Position numbers and translations under genes: made by a program
Notes under the pieces: generated by a model
The model's database searches: none
Seen by the model: only the letters and a program-made list of their open reading frames with translations
What the model was told of the DNA's origin: nothing
Assembly (NCBI GenBank): GCA_050260475.1
Contig: JBLNCG010000055.1
Span: forward strand, 12,135 to 76,134
Source: Bacillota bacterium
GTDB lineage: Bacteria > Bacillota > UBA4882 > JBLNCG01
Reading direction: 5' to 3'
DNA: 64,000 nt
Shown here: one piece after another, positions 18,683 through 30,263 of the stretch
Layout: each line of letters opens with the position of its first letter
Position numbering within the stretch: the stretch's first letter is position 1

Positions 18683-20425
18683 TCAAGATAACAACTCCTG
18701 TTTAATTTCCTCCTCCAGAGATGAAAACTGCTCCAGATCATCCTCCGAGATATATCTGGCCTTGGCTATTTTCTCCCTTACCGGCGTGGCCAGTATCGCC
18801 TCCAGTTCCCTGCCCCCGGCCAGAGCCTGTTTTGCATATTCGTTGAATGAGAGAACTAACTCCAGCAGACGGTATTGTTTTTGCAGGGAAGAATACGTGT
18901 CGATCTCGTGGAACGCATTCTGATGCAGGTAATCTTCGCGAATGGAACGGGCGACCTCCAGCTTGAGCCGGTCTTCGGCGGAAAGGGCGTCCACGCCCAC
19001 CAGGCGGACGATCTCTTCCAACTCCGCTTCATCCTGCAGGATGCGCATGGCTTTCCCGCGCAAATCCGGATAATCCTCCCCGATATGCTGCCGGTAATAC
19101 GCAGCCAGTTGATCCGTATAAAGCGAATAACTCAAGAGCCAGCTTATGGCGGGAAAATGCCTCCGGTAGGCAAGCCCCGCGTCGAGGCCCCAGAAAACCT
19201 TGACAATCCTTAACGTCGCCTGGGTTACCGGCTCCGACAGATCCCCGCCGGGCGGCGACACGGCTCCCACCGCGGTCAGGGCCCCTTCCCTGCCGTCTCT
19301 CCCCGCGCAGATTACCCGGCCCGATCTTTCGTAAAACTCGGCAAGGCGCGAACCGAGATACGCCGGATAACCTTCTTCACCGGGCATCTCCTCCAACCGG
19401 CCGGACATCTCCCTGAGGGCTTCCGCCCAGCGGGATGTGGAGTCAGCCATCACAGCCACCTGGTATCCCATGTCGCGAAAATACTCGGCAATGGTGATGC
19501 CGGTGTAAATGGAAGCCTCCCTGGCCGCCACCGGCATGTCGGAGGTATTGGCCACCAGCACCGTTCTTTTCATCAAAGGCTCTCCGCTGCGCGGGTCCTT
19601 TAATTCCGGAAATTCCAGGAGCACGTCGGTCATCTCGTTGCCGCGCTCCCCGCATCCCACATAAACGATGATGTCCGCGTCCGCCCATTTGGCCAGTTGA
19701 TGCTGGACCACGGTCTTCCCGCTGCCGAAAGGGCCGGGTATGCAAGCGGTCCCTCCCTTGGCCACCGGGAAAAAAGTGTCGATGACCCGTTGCCCCGTAA
19801 CAAGCGGCTGCTCCGGAGCAAGCTTCTCCCGGAAAGGGCGGCCCTTTCTCACCGGCCAGCGCTGCATCATGGTTAGATCCGCCACGCCTTCGGCCGTTTT
19901 AAGTCTGGCAACCGCATCCTCCACCGTATAATCGCCTTCGGCGATGGAAACAATGGTCCCTTTCAAACCCGGCGGAACCATGATGCGGTGCTCCACCACC
20001 ACCGTCTCCTGGACGGCGCCGATGATGTCCCCCGCCTCAACTTCCGCGCCATCTTTAACCTTGGGGACGAAATGCCATCTTTTGTCGCGGGAAAGCCCGG
20101 CGGCTTCCACTCCCCTGGTAATCCAGCTTCCGACATTGTCCGCGATGATACTTAACGGCCTTTGAATGCCGTCGTAAATGCTTTCAACCAGTCCGGGCCC
20201 CAGTTCCACGCTCAAGGGACGGCCCGTTGCGAAAACCGGTTCCCCGGGACCGAGTCCCGAAGTCTCCTCATAGACCTGGATGGAAGCCCTGTCGCCGCGC
20301 ATTTCGATGATCTCGCCGATGAGCCTTTTTTCGCTGACCCTGACCACGTCGAACATCTTGGCTTCTTCCATCCCTTCGGCCACCACCAGAGGCCCTGAAA
20401 CTTTGATTATTTTTCCCTCTTTCAT
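18683..20425 (-). CDS. ntpA: V/A-type ATP synthase subunit A
   Basis: Walker [17 protein letters not shown] and [13 protein letters not shown] motifs. Confidence 0.97.
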   Translation of the reverse strand: MKEGKIIKVSGPLVVAEGMEEAKMFDVVRVSEKRLIGEIIEMRGDRASIQVYEETSGLGPGEPVFATGRPLSVELGPGLVESIYDGIQRPLSIIADNVGSWITRGVEAAGLSRDKRWHFVPKVKDGAEVEAGDIIGAVQETVVVEHRIMVPPGLKGTIVSIAEGDYTVEDAVARLKTAEGVADLTMMQRWPVRKGRPFREKLAPEQPLVTGQRVIDTFFPVAKGGTACIPGPFGSGKTVVQHQLAKWADADIIVYVGCGERGNEMTDVLLEFPELKDPRSGEPLMKRTVLVANTSDMPVAAREASIYTGITIAEYFRDMGYQVAVMADSTSRWAEALREMSGRLEEMPGEEGYPAYLGSRLAEFYERSGRVICAGRDGREGALTAVGAVSPPGGDLSEPVTQATLRIVKVFWGLDAGLAYRRHFPAISWLLSYSLYTDQLAAYYRQHIGEDYPDLRGKAMRILQDEAELEEIVRLVGVDALSAEDRLKLEVARSIREDYLHQNAFHEIDTYSSLQKQYRLLELVLSFNEYAKQALAGGRELEAILATPVREKIAKARYISEDDLEQFSSLEEEIKQELLS

Positions 20426-20428
20426 GGG

Positions 20429-20764
20429 TTAAGCCCGACCCTCTTTCCCAAATAAAATATCCGCCCCGACCGCTTTTTCCACGATTTTACGCAGCCTTTC
20501 CATGGCCGTGCCCGTTTCCCCCCCCACGCCCGGAATCATGATCACGGCGGGCATGGTATTTGTACTGTATTTTTCGATTAGGGGAAGGTTATCCCCGGCC
20601 GCCGATTCCGTGATGAAGATAACCGCATACCGGGGATCCCCGGCTAATTCCTGCAGCTTATCCGCGGCCTGGAGCGCATCAGCCACAGGCCAGATTTCCA
20701 GGCCCAGGGAGGTAAAACCTAGTATCGAATCATATTCACCGATCACGGCCGCTTTATATAACAA
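20429..20764 (-). CDS. V/A-type ATP synthase subunit F
   Basis: AVIGE.DSILGF, AVIFITE and VEKAVGADI motifs. Confidence 0.92.
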   Translation of the reverse strand: MLYKAAVIGEYDSILGFTSLGLEIWPVADALQAADKLQELAGDPRYAVIFITESAAGDNLPLIEKYSTNTMPAVIMIPGVGGETGTAMERLRKIVEKAVGADILFGKEGRA

Positions 20765-21743
20765 GGCGCATCCTCTCCCTTATCTCATCCAAAGGCAGGC
20801 CGTTTCTTTTCCCGGCCAGGATCAACCGGAGCATCTTGACTTCCTGTTCCACGGACAGCAGGTAGCTTACCAGCGCCACGGGCTGGAAGGGATCACTCCG
20901 GCGCTCATGCCAGAGTGTAAAAATATAATTATCCGCCGCGGTTTCCGCATACACCGGGGATTCAACCGCTTTCTCCCCTCCGTGGGCCGCCAACCGGGCG
21001 ATTTTCGAGTTCTGCAGCCAGCGCCGCAAGCCCTCCTTGTCGGAATTATATAATTTCAAGAAGTCATTCTCCATGTAATGCCCCCCGGGCAGATAAAACG
21101 CCAACCACTGGTCCGGATTCAAACCGAGATTTTTCGCGCGGATGATATTTTTTAAATTATGGGCGTCCACCGTCCGCTTCCATATTTCCGCGACATGCTC
21201 GTAAAGGGAATTTTGCATGATCCCGGCGGCGTAATCGAAATAAAAGCGATCAAGCGCCAAATCCGCCCTAGCGAGGTCCGGATTGCCCTTGCTCAGGGCG
21301 GTTTTCAGGTAATCCAGGGCCCGGACAATCCAGGGCGCCATATTCGCATCCGCCGATTCCCAGGCTTTTTTCAACTCGCCCGCCGGATAAAAACCGGCAT
21401 CCACATAGAGGTGCTCCAGATTCAGCCGCATCACCCGTTCTTTAAGCATCACCTTCAAATTGTGAAGATCGTCCCTCCACAAGAAAACATGCAATAGCGG
21501 CTCTTCGGCGGCAGATTCAAGGAGGAGATTCCGGGCCGAGACGCGTCGCTTCTGAAATATCGCTTCCTCTTCCAGATAATTCGAGGCGTTTATTCCTCCC
21601 GCATAATCGGTCTCCGAAAGGAGGCGCCAGAAATCATCGACGCTTTGCGCTTCCATCAGCCGCTCCATTTTCTGGCGATCCAGCAGCCTGGTCTCCAGCA
21701 CCCACACCCGGCCGCTGGCATAGGTAAACTGCCTTTTACCCAC
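20754..21743 (-). CDS. ntpC: V/A-type ATP synthase subunit C
   Basis: YASGRV.VLETRLL, DLHNLK and EVKMLRLIL.GK...IRERMR motifs; operon position. Confidence 0.9.
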   Translation of the reverse strand: MGKRQFTYASGRVWVLETRLLDRQKMERLMEAQSVDDFWRLLSETDYAGGINASNYLEEEAIFQKRRVSARNLLLESAAEEPLLHVFLWRDDLHNLKVMLKERVMRLNLEHLYVDAGFYPAGELKKAWESADANMAPWIVRALDYLKTALSKGNPDLARADLALDRFYFDYAAGIMQNSLYEHVAEIWKRTVDAHNLKNIIRAKNLGLNPDQWLAFYLPGGHYMENDFLKLYNSDKEGLRRWLQNSKIARLAAHGGEKAVESPVYAETAADNYIFTLWHERRSDPFQPVALVSYLLSVEQEVKMLRLILAGKRNGLPLDEIRERMRLVI

Positions 21744-21765
21744 TTGTTCCTCCCCCTATTGTTCA

Positions 21766-21882
21766 GAGCAATTTGCGTTGTTATGATAATTTTACGTCTC
21801 ACTAAACATCGATAGCCTAATGGTAGCCATACACTATATTTAGTGGCAAGACCTTGAATTAAGGCGACAACGCAATTGCCTC
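21766..21882 (-). mobile_element. Palindromic MITE-like element, copy 3, inserted in the 3' end of subunit E
   Basis: Full-length (3-bp internal deletion); 4-bp duplication TGAA on the minus strand. Confidence 0.88.
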
Positions 21883-22479
21883 TTCAAAAAGCATCCGGGC
21901 CACTTCGGGGCCAAGACGTTCTTCCGCCTGCTTCAAAAGGTTCTCTAAAGAAGCGTCGACTTCGTAATCGCCCCCTAGCAGCAAAAATCCTCCCGTTATT
22001 CCCGCCGGTTCGGAAGCGAGCGACAGCTTCCCGGGACGTCCGGATTTAGCGAGTTTTTTATTGGCCTCCGTCAAGACCTCCTCCCAGAGCTTGCGCTCCG
22101 CGGAAGATGCAGCGACTTGCTCATCGCCTCTTTTTACGGAATCAAGCAGGATATTAAAATACAGGCCTTTCTTTTTTTCTGCAGGCAACTCCAAAAGCTT
22201 CGCCGCAGCCAGCCGGAAAACAGCCTTGATGAGATCCTGTTTGGTCTGGAGCAGGCGCAGCTTGGCGTCCGTTTCCGCCTGCTTTACGATACGCCTGCAT
22301 TCCGCCGCGGTCTTTTGGGTAAACTCTTCCAGGATGCCCCGGGATATTTCATCGGTCTCCTTTCGGAAACTTTGCGCGAAAAGCTCGGACTCCATCCTTC
22401 CCCGCTCCTCTTCCTCGCCGGCCTTTTTCCGGGCGTCGCCGATGATATGGTTCACCAATACTTCAAGACCTTGCGTCAT
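21859..22479 (-). CDS. ntpE: V/A-type ATP synthase subunit E
   Basis: GLE.LV..II.DA, coiled N-terminal half, GGFLL...VDASLE and VARMLF; the last 7 codons come from repeat copy 3. Confidence 0.9.
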   Translation of the reverse strand: MTQGLEVLVNHIIGDARKKAGEEEERGRMESELFAQSFRKETDEISRGILEEFTQKTAAECRRIVKQAETDAKLRLLQTKQDLIKAVFRLAAAKLLELPAEKKKGLYFNILLDSVKRGDEQVAASSAERKLWEEVLTEANKKLAKSGRPGKLSLASEPAGITGGFLLLGGDYEVDASLENLLKQAEERLGPEVARMLFEEAIALSP

Positions 22480-22492
22480 GACTCATCCCTGC

Positions 22493-22969
<477 letters not shown>

Positions 22970-24904
22970 TTATTTTTCACTTGAAAAAATATAGACGTTC
23001 TCCCATTTTAACGGAGCGAAGATGCGTCCGCCCCCCTCGTAAAACTTGCCGTAAAACTCAAGAAACTGAAGGCGGCTGGAATGGACGTACGCCCCCAGAA
23101 TGCTTAGGGCCAGATTCAACCCGTGGCCCAAAACCAATATTAACAAGGAAACCAGCCACCCGGCCCAGGGGATGCGCCAGGTCATCCCGGCAAACATATT
23201 GATGATAGAAGCCATCACGCCGCCGGAAAGGCCAAGGGCCATCAAACGGGAATAAGACAGGACGTCGCTGAAAAATCCAATGCTGTTGTATAAGGCGTAT
23301 AAGCCTCCCGGTATGGCCAGCAGTTTTGCGGCAACGCCTTCTTTGCCGCGCATATTGGCCGCCACAACCAAGCTAGCCGCGGCCAAAGCCCCGTAATTTA
23401 CATAAATACTATATTCCCCAAGTCCAATGCCTTCCTTGCCCATGACCAGCAATAAGCTGGTAAGGAATAAAAGCCACGTCCCCTGGTTCCATACGGCATC
23501 CTTCCACCTTCCGTCCCGGATCGCCATAAATGCGCTAATGCCGATGCCGATGTATAGATGGATCAAACCCAGCGCCAGGGCGATTCCCAGCAGGACCGTC
23601 GGCTGTTTCAAGGGATTAAAAAGCCCCTTGTAAGGTGAAAAACCTAGAAAACTTGCGGTCAAAGCGCCGACAAACACAGCCCCCATGCCGCTCAGCAAAA
23701 ACATCCAGGCAAGCTTCCTGCCGGCAGGTTTTAAGGCCATCTTCCGCAACAGAAAAAAACAGAAGACAGATAAAATCGCGCCGTATAACGCATCTCCCAG
23801 GGCAATGCCGAAAAAAAGCGTAAAAAACGAAGCCACGGCAAGGGTGGGATCCACTTCATGAGTTTGAGGATAGCTGAAAGACTGAACGAGCGCTTCGAAA
23901 GGGGTCGCCAGTGGCGGATTTTTCAACGCCACCGGCGGCTGCTCGCCCCCAACCGCCGGCCTTATCTCCAGAGTATAAGGTAAATCAAGCTTCTGCAAGG
24001 ATTCCCGCAAACGCTTTTCCTGCTTTTCCTCCACCCATCCCTGCAACATGAATACTTTCCTGCTTTTCGCCGCCTGCATTGCCGCTTCGGTCCGCAGCTT
24101 TTCGTTGTATATCTGATCGTAAAAAAACTGGACCATCCGGCGCCTTCCGGCAAGGGAACGCAAGGCTTCTTTTTCCTCCGCCAACCGCTGCCGTAAGATA
24201 TCAAGCTGTGCGTTCAATTTATGACAGTATTCTTTAACAACACCCGTTTTATTGGGGGGAAGGGAATCGGAGAAGCCCGCGTCCCTGACGGCTTGGGCCG
24301 CCGCCTCTTTTTTAGGCGAATAGACTGCAACGCAGATCTTGTGATCCTTCCGGCCGAATTCCTGCAAAACATAAGGTATGCCGCTTTGTTCCATACGGGA
24401 AATAAATTCTTCCCTTTCATCATCGATGGCGCCCAGCAGCATCCGAAAATAATTCGGCCTATCCCGGAAATCCACGGGTGTTTCAAGACCCAACCAGGGT
24501 TCCGCCTCGATAAGCTCCCTTTCAATCCGGGTGATTTCCTGCTCCAGGCGGTTGTATTCGGATTCAGCCTCCAGCGCCTTTTTAACGACGGCCTTAAACT
24601 CATCCCTGTCTGCCAGCAGTTTTTCTTTCTCTTCCGCGGTCAAAACCGTTCGGACACCGGAAAACTGCTCTATAATCGAAGGCGTCTGCGGTAAAAACCT
24701 GTCAAATAAATTAAAAATTCTATTGATTTCCGCCAGACTCTTTTCCAATTCAGCATGACGGGATTCCAACTCGTCCGTACCGGTCGTATTTTCGCTCTCG
24801 CGGTCTATTTCTACGATACCCAACATTTGTAAGGCGTGCAGAAACTTTTCCCTGTAACCAAGCAGGCTATATAGTTCCAGCCTTTTCATGCGTACGATGG
24901 CCAT
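22970..24904 (-). CDS. ntpI: V/A-type ATP synthase subunit I
   Basis: EVDPT, FFGIALGD, SDVLSYSRLMALGL and HSSRLQFLEFYGKFY motifs. Confidence 0.95.
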   Translation of the reverse strand: MAIVRMKRLELYSLLGYREKFLHALQMLGIVEIDRESENTTGTDELESRHAELEKSLAEINRIFNLFDRFLPQTPSIIEQFSGVRTVLTAEEKEKLLADRDEFKAVVKKALEAESEYNRLEQEITRIERELIEAEPWLGLETPVDFRDRPNYFRMLLGAIDDEREEFISRMEQSGIPYVLQEFGRKDHKICVAVYSPKKEAAAQAVRDAGFSDSLPPNKTGVVKEYCHKLNAQLDILRQRLAEEKEALRSLAGRRRMVQFFYDQIYNEKLRTEAAMQAAKSRKVFMLQGWVEEKQEKRLRESLQKLDLPYTLEIRPAVGGEQPPVALKNPPLATPFEALVQSFSYPQTHEVDPTLAVASFFTLFFGIALGDALYGAILSVFCFFLLRKMALKPAGRKLAWMFLLSGMGAVFVGALTASFLGFSPYKGLFNPLKQPTVLLGIALALGLIHLYIGIGISAFMAIRDGRWKDAVWNQGTWLLFLTSLLLVMGKEGIGLGEYSIYVNYGALAAASLVVAANMRGKEGVAAKLLAIPGGLYALYNSIGFFSDVLSYSRLMALGLSGGVMASIINMFAGMTWRIPWAGWLVSLLILVLGHGLNLALSILGAYVHSSRLQFLEFYGKFYEGGGRIFAPLKWENVYIFSSEK

Positions 24905-25215
24905 TAATGTAAAATCTCCCCTATGACATATTCAACGACCTTGCTCGTTTTCGCGCCGGTATGCTTGCGCAATGCTTCAACCTCCGCGGCATTTTCCGAC
25001 AATATCCTTTCCGCTTCCCGTTTTGCCGCGGCCAGTTCTTGATCGGATTTTTCCTTCATCCGGTTTTTGAGCTCCGCCAGTTTACCTTCCCGCTCCTTCT
25101 CCAGCTTTTCCTTCAAACGGGAATATGCGAGAGCGTTTTTTTCCTCAGCCTCTCTAATGATATGGTCGGCTTCCTCTTCTGCGGAAATCAACTGCTCCCA
25201 AATATTATTGGCCAT
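24904..25215 (-). CDS. V/A-type ATP synthase subunit G/H (peripheral stalk)
   Basis: 103-aa charged coiled coil (AEEEADHIIREAE) at the head of the operon. Confidence 0.8.
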   Translation of the reverse strand: MANNIWEQLISAEEEADHIIREAEEKNALAYSRLKEKLEKEREGKLAELKNRMKEKSDQELAAAKREAERILSENAAEVEALRKHTGAKTSKVVEYVIGEILH

Positions 25216-25263
25216 TTTCCGCCCTCCTGAAAACTGGTTTAATCCTATGTTTATAATAATCTT

Positions 25264-27405
25264 TTAAAATCCGAACCACGTAAAAACGTTATTTCGGATG
25301 ATGAATACCGCAAATACAATCGCAACCATGGAAATCAATTTAATCAGAATATTGAGCGAAGGCCCGGAGGTGTCCTTGAAGGGATCGCCCACCGTATCCC
25401 CCACCACCGCCGCCTTATGAGCATCCGAACCCTTGCCGCCGTGCTGGTCCGATTCGATGTATTTCTTGGCGTTGTCCCACGATCCGCCGGCATTGGCCAT
25501 CATGATGGCCAATACGAATCCGGTCGCCGTAGCCCCGGCCAGCAGCCCGGCCACCGCCTCGGCGCCCAATAGAACCCCGATGATCACCGGGGATGAAATA
25601 GCGATTAGAGAAGGAACCACCATTTCCTTTTGCGCGGCGCGGGTGGAAATGTCCACGCAGGCGGCATAGTCCGGTTTGGCTTTACCTTCCATCAAACCTT
25701 TGATCTCCTTGAACTGGCGCCGAACCTCCTCCACAATTTTCTGGGCGGCCCTGCCCACCGCCTGCATGGTCAGGGAACAGAACATAAACGGCAGCATGCC
25801 TCCGACAAAAATCCCCACTAATACCTTGGGATTCATAATGGATAGCTCCTGAAACGTGAGTTGAATCTTTTCGTTGAAAGCCGCAATCAATGCCAGCGCG
25901 GTCAAAGCCGCGGAACCGATGGCGAATCCCTTGCCAGTGGCCGCGGTGGTATTTCCCAGCGAATCCAGGGCGTCCGTCCTCTCCCGGATTTCCCTGCCCA
26001 TCCCGGACATCTCCGCGATCCCGCCGGCATTGTCGGCGATGGGGCCATAGGCGTCCGTAGCCAGAGTGATACCCAGCGTGGAGAGCATGCCCACCGCGGA
26101 AATGGCTATGCCGTAAAGGCCCTTGATGAATCCCGGGTCGGTAAAGGCAAGCTTGGTGATATCAAGGGATCCGCCTGCCAAAATAAAACTTATCACAACG
26201 GAGACGCCCACGATTAAAACCGGAAAAGCGGTGGAAAGCATTCCCAGGGAAAGTCCGGCGATGATCACGGTGGCCGGTCCGGTTACGGATGTGCCGGCCA
26301 CCCGCCGGGTGGGTTTATAGGTGGCGGAGGTGTAATACTCCGTTAATATCCCGATAATCACTCCGGCCGTCAGGCCGCTGAGCACCGCCCAATATACGCC
26401 GAAATTGCCTTTACCCAGTATGTAATAAACAATAACCGCCGAGATCACGGCCATTAAAACTGAACTGGCATATACTCCCCTTCGCAATGCGGCCAACAAC
26501 ACGCTTTGTTTCGCTTGCTCCCCGGAGCGCACGAAGAACGTCCCGATAATCGAAGCCAGTACTCCGACCGCGGCCATGATCAACGGGACCAGCACCCCTT
26601 TCAGCCCGTATCCGGCCGCCACGCCCAGCGCGGAAGTGGCAACGATGGATCCCACGTATGATTCGTAAAGATCCGCCCCCATGCCTGCCACATCGCCCAC
26701 ATTGTCGCCCACGTTATCGGCAATAACCGCGGGATTGCGCGGATCGTCCTCAGGGATCCCCGCCTCCACCTTACCCACCAGGTCTGCGCCCACATCCGCG
26801 GCCTTGGTGAAGATGCCGCCGCCCACGCGGGCGAACAGAGCCATGGAACTTGCGCCCATGCCGAAGTTTAACATGGCCTGGGTGATGATGGGAAGGCTTT
26901 GATCCATACTGAATCCCCTAATAACCGTATAATACCATCTTAGTCCGTAAAACCAGAGACTTAAATCCAACAATCCCAATCCCACCACGGTTAAACCCAT
27001 GACCGCGCCGCTGTTGAAAGCCACCCGCAGGCCTTTGTTCAGGCCTTTGCCGGCTGCCTGCGCCGTGCGCACGTTGGCCCCAGTGGCGGTCATCATGCCG
27101 ATGTAACCGGATAATCCCGAGAAAAAACCGCCGGATAAAAAAGCAAACGGCACCACTATCGGTACATATTTAAATATCGCCAGCAGAATCAAGATACAAA
27201 ACATCACCGCAAAAAATATCCCGACGGTCTTATATTGCCGTTTTAAGTAGGCCACCGCTCCCACTCGAATGGCGTTTGAGATCTCCCGCATTTTGCCTGT
27301 ACCCGGTTCCTGTCTGTTTAAAAAAACCGCGCCCAGGTAAAACGCGTAAATCAAGGCCAAAGATGCTCCCATCGGAGCCAATATCAAAAGGCTCGTGACA
27401 TTCAC
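25264..27405 (-). CDS. hppA: Membrane-integral ion-translocating pyrophosphatase (K+-dependent, probably Na+-pumping)
   Basis: [47 protein letters not shown] (Ala form, K+-dependent) and [10 protein letters not shown] motifs. Confidence 0.95.
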   Translation of the reverse strand: MNVTSLLILAPMGASLALIYAFYLGAVFLNRQEPGTGKMREISNAIRVGAVAYLKRQYKTVGIFFAVMFCILILLAIFKYVPIVVPFAFLSGGFFSGLSGYIGMMTATGANVRTAQAAGKGLNKGLRVAFNSGAVMGLTVVGLGLLDLSLWFYGLRWYYTVIRGFSMDQSLPIITQAMLNFGMGASSMALFARVGGGIFTKAADVGADLVGKVEAGIPEDDPRNPAVIADNVGDNVGDVAGMGADLYESYVGSIVATSALGVAAGYGLKGVLVPLIMAAVGVLASIIGTFFVRSGEQAKQSVLLAALRRGVYASSVLMAVISAVIVYYILGKGNFGVYWAVLSGLTAGVIIGILTEYYTSATYKPTRRVAGTSVTGPATVIIAGLSLGMLSTAFPVLIVGVSVVISFILAGGSLDITKLAFTDPGFIKGLYGIAISAVGMLSTLGITLATDAYGPIADNAGGIAEMSGMGREIRERTDALDSLGNTTAATGKGFAIGSAALTALALIAAFNEKIQLTFQELSIMNPKVLVGIFVGGMLPFMFCSLTMQAVGRAAQKIVEEVRRQFKEIKGLMEGKAKPDYAACVDISTRAAQKEMVVPSLIAISSPVIIGVLLGAEAVAGLLAGATATGFVLAIMMANAGGSWDNAKKYIESDQHGGKGSDAHKAAVVGDTVGDPFKDTSGPSLNILIKLISMVAIVFAVFIIRNNVFTWFGF

Positions 27406-27542
27406 GTCTAACGCCTCCAGTCAAATTATATTATTTATACTATACCGAATATTTTTACATTTTAGTCTATAAAAACGCACAAAATCCAATATTCGATGGG
27501 CAAAAAAAAATCCCTCTCCAATGATGTTAACTTTTTCTAAAC

Positions 27543-27663
27543 AAGGCGATTGCGTTGTTACCTTAATACCAAGTATTACCACTAAATATAGTGCATAGCT
27601 ACCATTTGGGCCAACGATATTTAGTGGCAAGACGTAAAATTATCACGACAACGCAAATTGTTC
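27543..27663 (+). mobile_element. Palindromic MITE-like element, copy 4
   Basis: Full-length; perfect 5-bp flanking duplication TAAAC (27538-27542 and 27664-27668). Confidence 0.88.
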
Positions 27664-27704
27664 TAAACAGCTTCCCGCAATAATTATTTTCCGCCGCCCC
27701 TGCG

Positions 27705-28145
27705 TCAAGAGTTTTTTGATCCCAGGGACATGATTTTTTCCACGCGTACGGCATGGCGTCCGCCGTCAAAACCCGTGCTGAAGAATATACCGCAGATCTC
27801 CTTGGCCAATTCCGGCCCGATCACCCGTCCGCCCATGACCAGGACGTTGGCATTGTTGTGGGCGCGCGCCATCCGCGCGGAATACGTGTCATGACAAAGA
27901 GCCGCCCGGATTCCGGGCATTTTGTTGGCGGATATGGACATTCCAATGCCTGTGCCGCAGATGAGAATCCCCCGATCGTCCTGTCCGGAGATTTTACGGC
28001 AAAGCGTTTCCGCGATATCCGGATAATCTACGGACTCGGCGGTAAATGTCCCGATATCCTTGAATTTTAATCCCCGGGCTGAGAGACAGGGGATTAATTC
28101 GTTTTTTAACGCCAAACCTCCCTGATCGCAACCGATGTAAATCAT
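27705..28145 (-). CDS. rpiB: Ribose 5-phosphate isomerase B
   Basis: SVDYPD, GILICGTGIGMSISANK, HNNANVL and FDGGRH motifs. Confidence 0.95.
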   Translation of the reverse strand: MIYIGCDQGGLALKNELIPCLSARGLKFKDIGTFTAESVDYPDIAETLCRKISGQDDRGILICGTGIGMSISANKMPGIRAALCHDTYSARMARAHNNANVLVMGGRVIGPELAKEICGIFFSTGFDGGRHAVRVEKIMSLGSKNS

Positions 28146-28663
28146 TTTTCACCGCCTTCGCTTATCATTTTTCGGATCGATTTGCGTAACGATTCCTCGA
28201 TTTCCAGGGCGCATTTCCGGTAGTCCTCCAACTCCAGCCCGAAAGGATCTCCGATGTCCGCGACATCCCCGCCATACATATCTCCGGTCCCAGGGATCCC
28301 GGCCTCGCCGTGGGACGCAAATTCTTTGAGCGTATAAATCTTGGACGAGAATTCCGGATATATGGCGGACAAATAAGATTTCTGCGCCATAGTCATAGTC
28401 AATACCAGGTCCGCCGCCAGAACCATTTCTCTGGTAAGGTTGCGGGCGGTATGACCGGAAATATCGATCCCTCTTTCCCGCATGACCTGAACGGCATGGG
28501 CGGAGGCGGGCTGCCCCTGCGTCGCCGCGGCGCCTGCGGAAAGGATAACCGGGCGATATGGCAGATCCTTCTCCTCCGCCGCAAACATCCGGCATAACAG
28601 CGCTTCCGCCATGATGCTCCTACAGGTGTTTCCTGTGCAGACGAAAAGTATATTCCCCGGCAC
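28142..28663 (-). CDS. Low-molecular-weight protein arginine phosphatase (YwlE-like)
   Basis: FVCTGNTCRS P-loop (Thr variant) and DIGDPFG; conserved sua5-mntP-ywlE-rpiB neighbourhood. Confidence 0.88.
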   Translation of the reverse strand: MPGNILFVCTGNTCRSIMAEALLCRMFAAEEKDLPYRPVILSAGAAATQGQPASAHAVQVMRERGIDISGHTARNLTREMVLAADLVLTMTMAQKSYLSAIYPEFSSKIYTLKEFASHGEAGIPGTGDMYGGDVADIGDPFGLELEDYRKCALEIEESLRKSIRKMISEGGEK

Positions 28664-28766
28664 CCGGCAAAACCTCCGACCATTAAACCGGTGATTGAGC
28701 TTTAAAAAAAGGATATTTTGTAATTAAACGGTAATAATAACTGTTCAATGCAATTATAACATAACC

Positions 28767-28887
28767 AAGGAAGTTGCGTTGTTAACCTTAATTCAAGGTC
28801 CTGCCACTGAATATAGTGTATGGCTACCATTAGGCTATTGATATTTGGCGGCAGGACGTAAAATCATCATAACAAAGCAAATTGCTC
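28767..28887 (+). mobile_element. Palindromic MITE-like element, copy 5
   Basis: Full-length; flanks taacc/tagcc. Confidence 0.85.
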
Positions 28888-28930
28888 TAGCCACGGCTAT
28901 ATGTGACAAGAAAACCTGCAAAAAATTCCT

Positions 28931-29494
28931 GTGAGGGTGATTCTCTTGCCTTTGCTGGCTTTATTGATTCTTGCGGTGGCCCTGGGGACCGACTCATTTT
29001 CGGTCTCCATCGGTCTCGGCATGATGCCCTTGACTAGGCGGCGCATCGCATGCATCAGCGGGGTGGTGGGATTATTTCATATAATCATGCCGCTGATGGG
29101 ATTATTATTGGGGCAATATATCGGCCGTTTTATGGGGCAAATCGGCAACATCATCGGGGCCCTGATCCTGACTTTGATCGGATTGCGCATGCTTATAGAC
29201 AGACAGAAATCCGAAGGGCAAAAGCTGGCGCTCTTAAATCCCACCCGAAACCTCGGCATGTTTCTGCTTGCTTTCGGGGTAAGCATCGATGCCCTGTCAT
29301 CCGGGCTGAGCCTTGGTATTCACGGGGGGTATAACCTGTTTCTTACCGTATTCGCTTTTGGTCTGGTGGCCCTGCTGATGACGGCCGCAGGCTTGCTGTT
29401 GGGAAAATTCATCAAATATACCGTGGGCTCCTGGGCTGAACATCTGGGAGGGATCGTGCTGATTGGCTTGAGCGTCTATTTCCTGTTTACTTAA
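28931..29494 (+). CDS. mntP: Manganese efflux pump MntP family
   Basis: ALGTDSFSVS, FHIIMPL.G, SIDAL and E.LGG.VLI motifs. Confidence 0.88.
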   Translation: MRVILLPLLALLILAVALGTDSFSVSIGLGMMPLTRRRIACISGVVGLFHIIMPLMGLLLGQYIGRFMGQIGNIIGALILTLIGLRMLIDRQKSEGQKLALLNPTRNLGMFLLAFGVSIDALSSGLSLGIHGGYNLFLTVFAFGLVALLMTAAGLLLGKFIKYTVGSWAEHLGGIVLIGLSVYFLFT

Positions 29495-29525
29495 ACTCAA
29501 CTTTCGCATGTCGATTTAGCCCATT

Positions 29526-30263
29526 TTAATCCGCTTTCATCAGCCTTGATTCGATAATCCCGAAAGGCCTTTCGTTGAAAATCCGCACGGGAATCCGGGG
29601 TTTTTTACTGGAAATCCAAAAACTGCAAGGAATAGCGGGATCATTCAAGTAGTAACAGTCATATCTGCCCGATTTAGTGTCGATGGTGTCCTTGCACGGA
29701 TCTTTGATATTCACGTTGGTAATGTGGCCGCGGGAGGACATATAAGCGAATTGCAAATCATAACCGTTTTCCCAGGGCCAGATCCTCAAAAAATAAAAGA
29801 GAGATAAGCCTTCCTGCACTTTCGGCGGCCCCGTATACATAAATTGTTCCGTTTTGCCTTCTTTCCTTTCCGTTTTATAAACCGTTCCATCCGGAGAAAA
29901 AATCACATCCGTGACCTCCCTTTTCTGCTTGTTGGACGCCACGGTATGACTGCGGAGAGGATACAATTCGTACGCGTCCAGATATAAATCCAGAACCTCG
30001 TGGTAATTAAGAAACATATTTACTATGCTGGCGGTATCGGTTTTGACCTGGATATGATAAACCTCCCGGCCGTCCCACTCTTCACGTCCGATTACAGACA
30101 GAACCTGGGATCCGCAGTATATCCCCTTGATATAAACGTTGTAATTGAGGTTCTCCCCGGCTTCAAAAGGAATATCCGATTCCATCTGGGCTTTCAAATG
30201 CAGCGGAAGCATTGACACCAGAAATGCCAAACATAGCAAGAGCATCCTGCCAAGTGGTTTCAT
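29526..30263 (-). CDS. Exported DUF3108-like protein
   Basis: Start reassigned to ATG 30263 (signal peptide MKPLGRMLLLCLAFLVS); PFEAGENLNYNV, LSLFYFLR and WIS....IPVRI motifs. Confidence 0.65.
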   Translation of the reverse strand: MKPLGRMLLLCLAFLVSMLPLHLKAQMESDIPFEAGENLNYNVYIKGIYCGSQVLSVIGREEWDGREVYHIQVKTDTASIVNMFLNYHEVLDLYLDAYELYPLRSHTVASNKQKREVTDVIFSPDGTVYKTERKEGKTEQFMYTGPPKVQEGLSLFYFLRIWPWENGYDLQFAYMSSRGHITNVNIKDPCKDTIDTKSGRYDCYYLNDPAIPCSFWISSKKPRIPVRIFNERPFGIIESRLMKAD

